DNA from: a virus
Taxonomy: Duplodnaviria; Caudoviricetes
IMG/VR virus record: IMGVR_UViG_3300035673_000078
Location: 1-44,818 of that record
Length of the DNA stretch: 44,818 bases
Reading direction: 5' to 3' (one strand)
Part shown: positions 43,792 through 44,818 of the stretch, piece after piece
Position numbering within the stretch: position 1 is the first letter of the stretch
How the letters are laid out: each line of letters starts with the position of its first letter
Translations under genes and position numbers: made by a program
Notes under the pieces: model-generated
Seen by the model: only the letters and a program-made list of their open reading frames with translations
What the model was told of the DNA's origin: nothing
Databases searched by the model: none

Positions 43792-44453
43792 AGGGCCACC
43801 AGCCCACCGGCCGCGAGTTCCAGTTCTTCAGGCGCGACGGGAGTGACCATGAATTCGAGATAGATACACTTGGCGCCGGTCGCGTGGACGTTGAACTGCA
43901 CGCGCTGGATCTGGTGATGGCGGATGGGGCGGTCCCGGGACGTCTGCTCGCGGTCATGCAGGAACCAGCTGATCTGCTCATACGGGGCGCGGGAGAGATA
44001 ACCGGCTTTGACCTGGTCAGCGATCTCAGCCAGACACGCCCGCGCCGGCACGCCGGGATTCTGCAAGCGATCGGTGACCAGGAATGCGGCATGTAGGCCA
44101 CGCTTGGCCAGAGTCGCGGGATTCAGAAACGCCTGGTCTTCGGCGCTTGGCTGGGCCAGCTCAGTGATCAGGACGGCCCACTCCACCGCGCGTCCTAGAG
44201 TTCCGTTGCGGAAGATGCGCAGGCGGCAACGGCAGAGGACCTGGCCGGTGACTGCGACGGCCGGCGGCACGGCGGGGGCCCAGTGAAAGATGCAATCAAG
44301 GAACGGGCGGGCGACGGGGAGTGTGAAGTCGGGCTGATCCCCGCCCTTGCAGTCCTTGGGCTGGAACTCGATGGCGGAAAGCGGGACCGGCGTGCCCGGC
44401 TGGGCTTCGTCGATGGGCTGAGATTCTGGTGCGGAAGACGGCGTTGTGGGCAC
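43788..44453 (-). CDS. Hypothetical protein, first gene of the leftward operon
   Basis: 221 aa; GTG start with AAAGGGA RBS inside a hairpin. Confidence 0.7.
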   Translation of the reverse strand: MPTTPSSAPESQPIDEAQPGTPVPLSAIEFQPKDCKGGDQPDFTLPVARPFLDCIFHWAPAVPPAVAVTGQVLCRCRLRIFRNGTLGRAVEWAVLITELAQPSAEDQAFLNPATLAKRGLHAAFLVTDRLQNPGVPARACLAEIADQVKAGYLSRAPYEQISWFLHDREQTSRDRPIRHHQIQRVQFNVHATGAKCIYLEFMVTPVAPEELELAAGGLVAL

Positions 44454-44520
44454 TGGAAAGTCCCTTTCCAGCGTTCAACGGGGAAAAACTTATCAGTTGC
44501 TTGCGGGTCGTACAGGAAAG

Positions 44521-44565
44521 CTACTGATTAAGAGTCAGTTGCTCTGCCAGTTGAGCTACGCGCCC
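44521..44565. repeat. att core, right copy; 5' 45-nt fragment of tRNA-Lys
   Basis: Identical to 246..290; lacks the T arm and 3' acceptor strand. Confidence 0.95.
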
Positions 44566-44610
44566 TTTGTCAGGGAATCATCGATGAGGGACGTCACAGG
44601 AAGCAGTATC

Positions 44611-44619
44611 AGTGTAACA
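44611..44619 (-). promoter_or_regulatory. Putative native host tRNA-Lys promoter (extended -10)
   Basis: Minus strand TG-T-TACACT about 45 nt upstream of the tRNA 5' fragment; no well-spaced -35. Confidence 0.4.
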
Positions 44620-44818
44620 CAGGGTCTTTATCTCAAGCCGAAGCTCGCGGATTCACAGAAGCTTAACAACTTGTTCATCGGACATTAAAGCGGCTCGGGT
44701 ACAACAATCTCAATCGCTTCATCAAGGAGAAATTCGAACCTGTTTTTCTCTCGTAACTCGCGAAAACAGGGCCCTTCTCCGGGCCCATTTTCATTTTCCT
44801 GTGATCAGGCGTTTTGTC

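Noticed and set aside
44521-44565. Second tRNA-Lys gene
   Set aside because: Only nt 1-45 are present, with no T arm or 3' acceptor strand; it is the att duplicate.

Overview
The window holds one apparently complete temperate prophage of about 44.3 kb (246..44565), flanked by a perfect 45-bp direct repeat and integrated in a minus-strand tRNA-Lys(CTT) gene. Unusually, the duplicated segment is the 5' part of the tRNA, not the 3' part. Layout: a tyrosine integrase and a 55-aa Zn-ribbon gene (minus strand); a long rightward late region (TerS, TerL, accessory genes, a Pth2-like gene overlapping a mini tRNA-like element and a tRNA(ACG), an atypical lysis cassette, portal, scaffold, major capsid, GroES, tailspike, adaptor, nozzle and ejection proteins); and a leftward early/replication operon (Fis-type HTH, HTH initiator with four iterons, HNH-like and J-domain proteins). 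No tape measure gene is evident, so podovirus-like morphology is inferred. No CI/Cro pair was recognised. The flanking host gene and the short repeat families suggest an Acidobacteria-like host (inference). Best leads: (1) a Pth2-like ORF with no stop codon before two tandem tRNA-like modules, which could yield a non-stop mRNA; (2) a small protein carrying a 24-aa near-copy of a major capsid segment; (3) an att site inside a co-oriented operon, so integration swaps promoters; (4) a multi-pseudoknot RNA upstream of the capsid gene; (5) a possible antisense RNA over the replication-initiator leader. All family calls are by-eye motif recognition; no database searches or folding programs were run.
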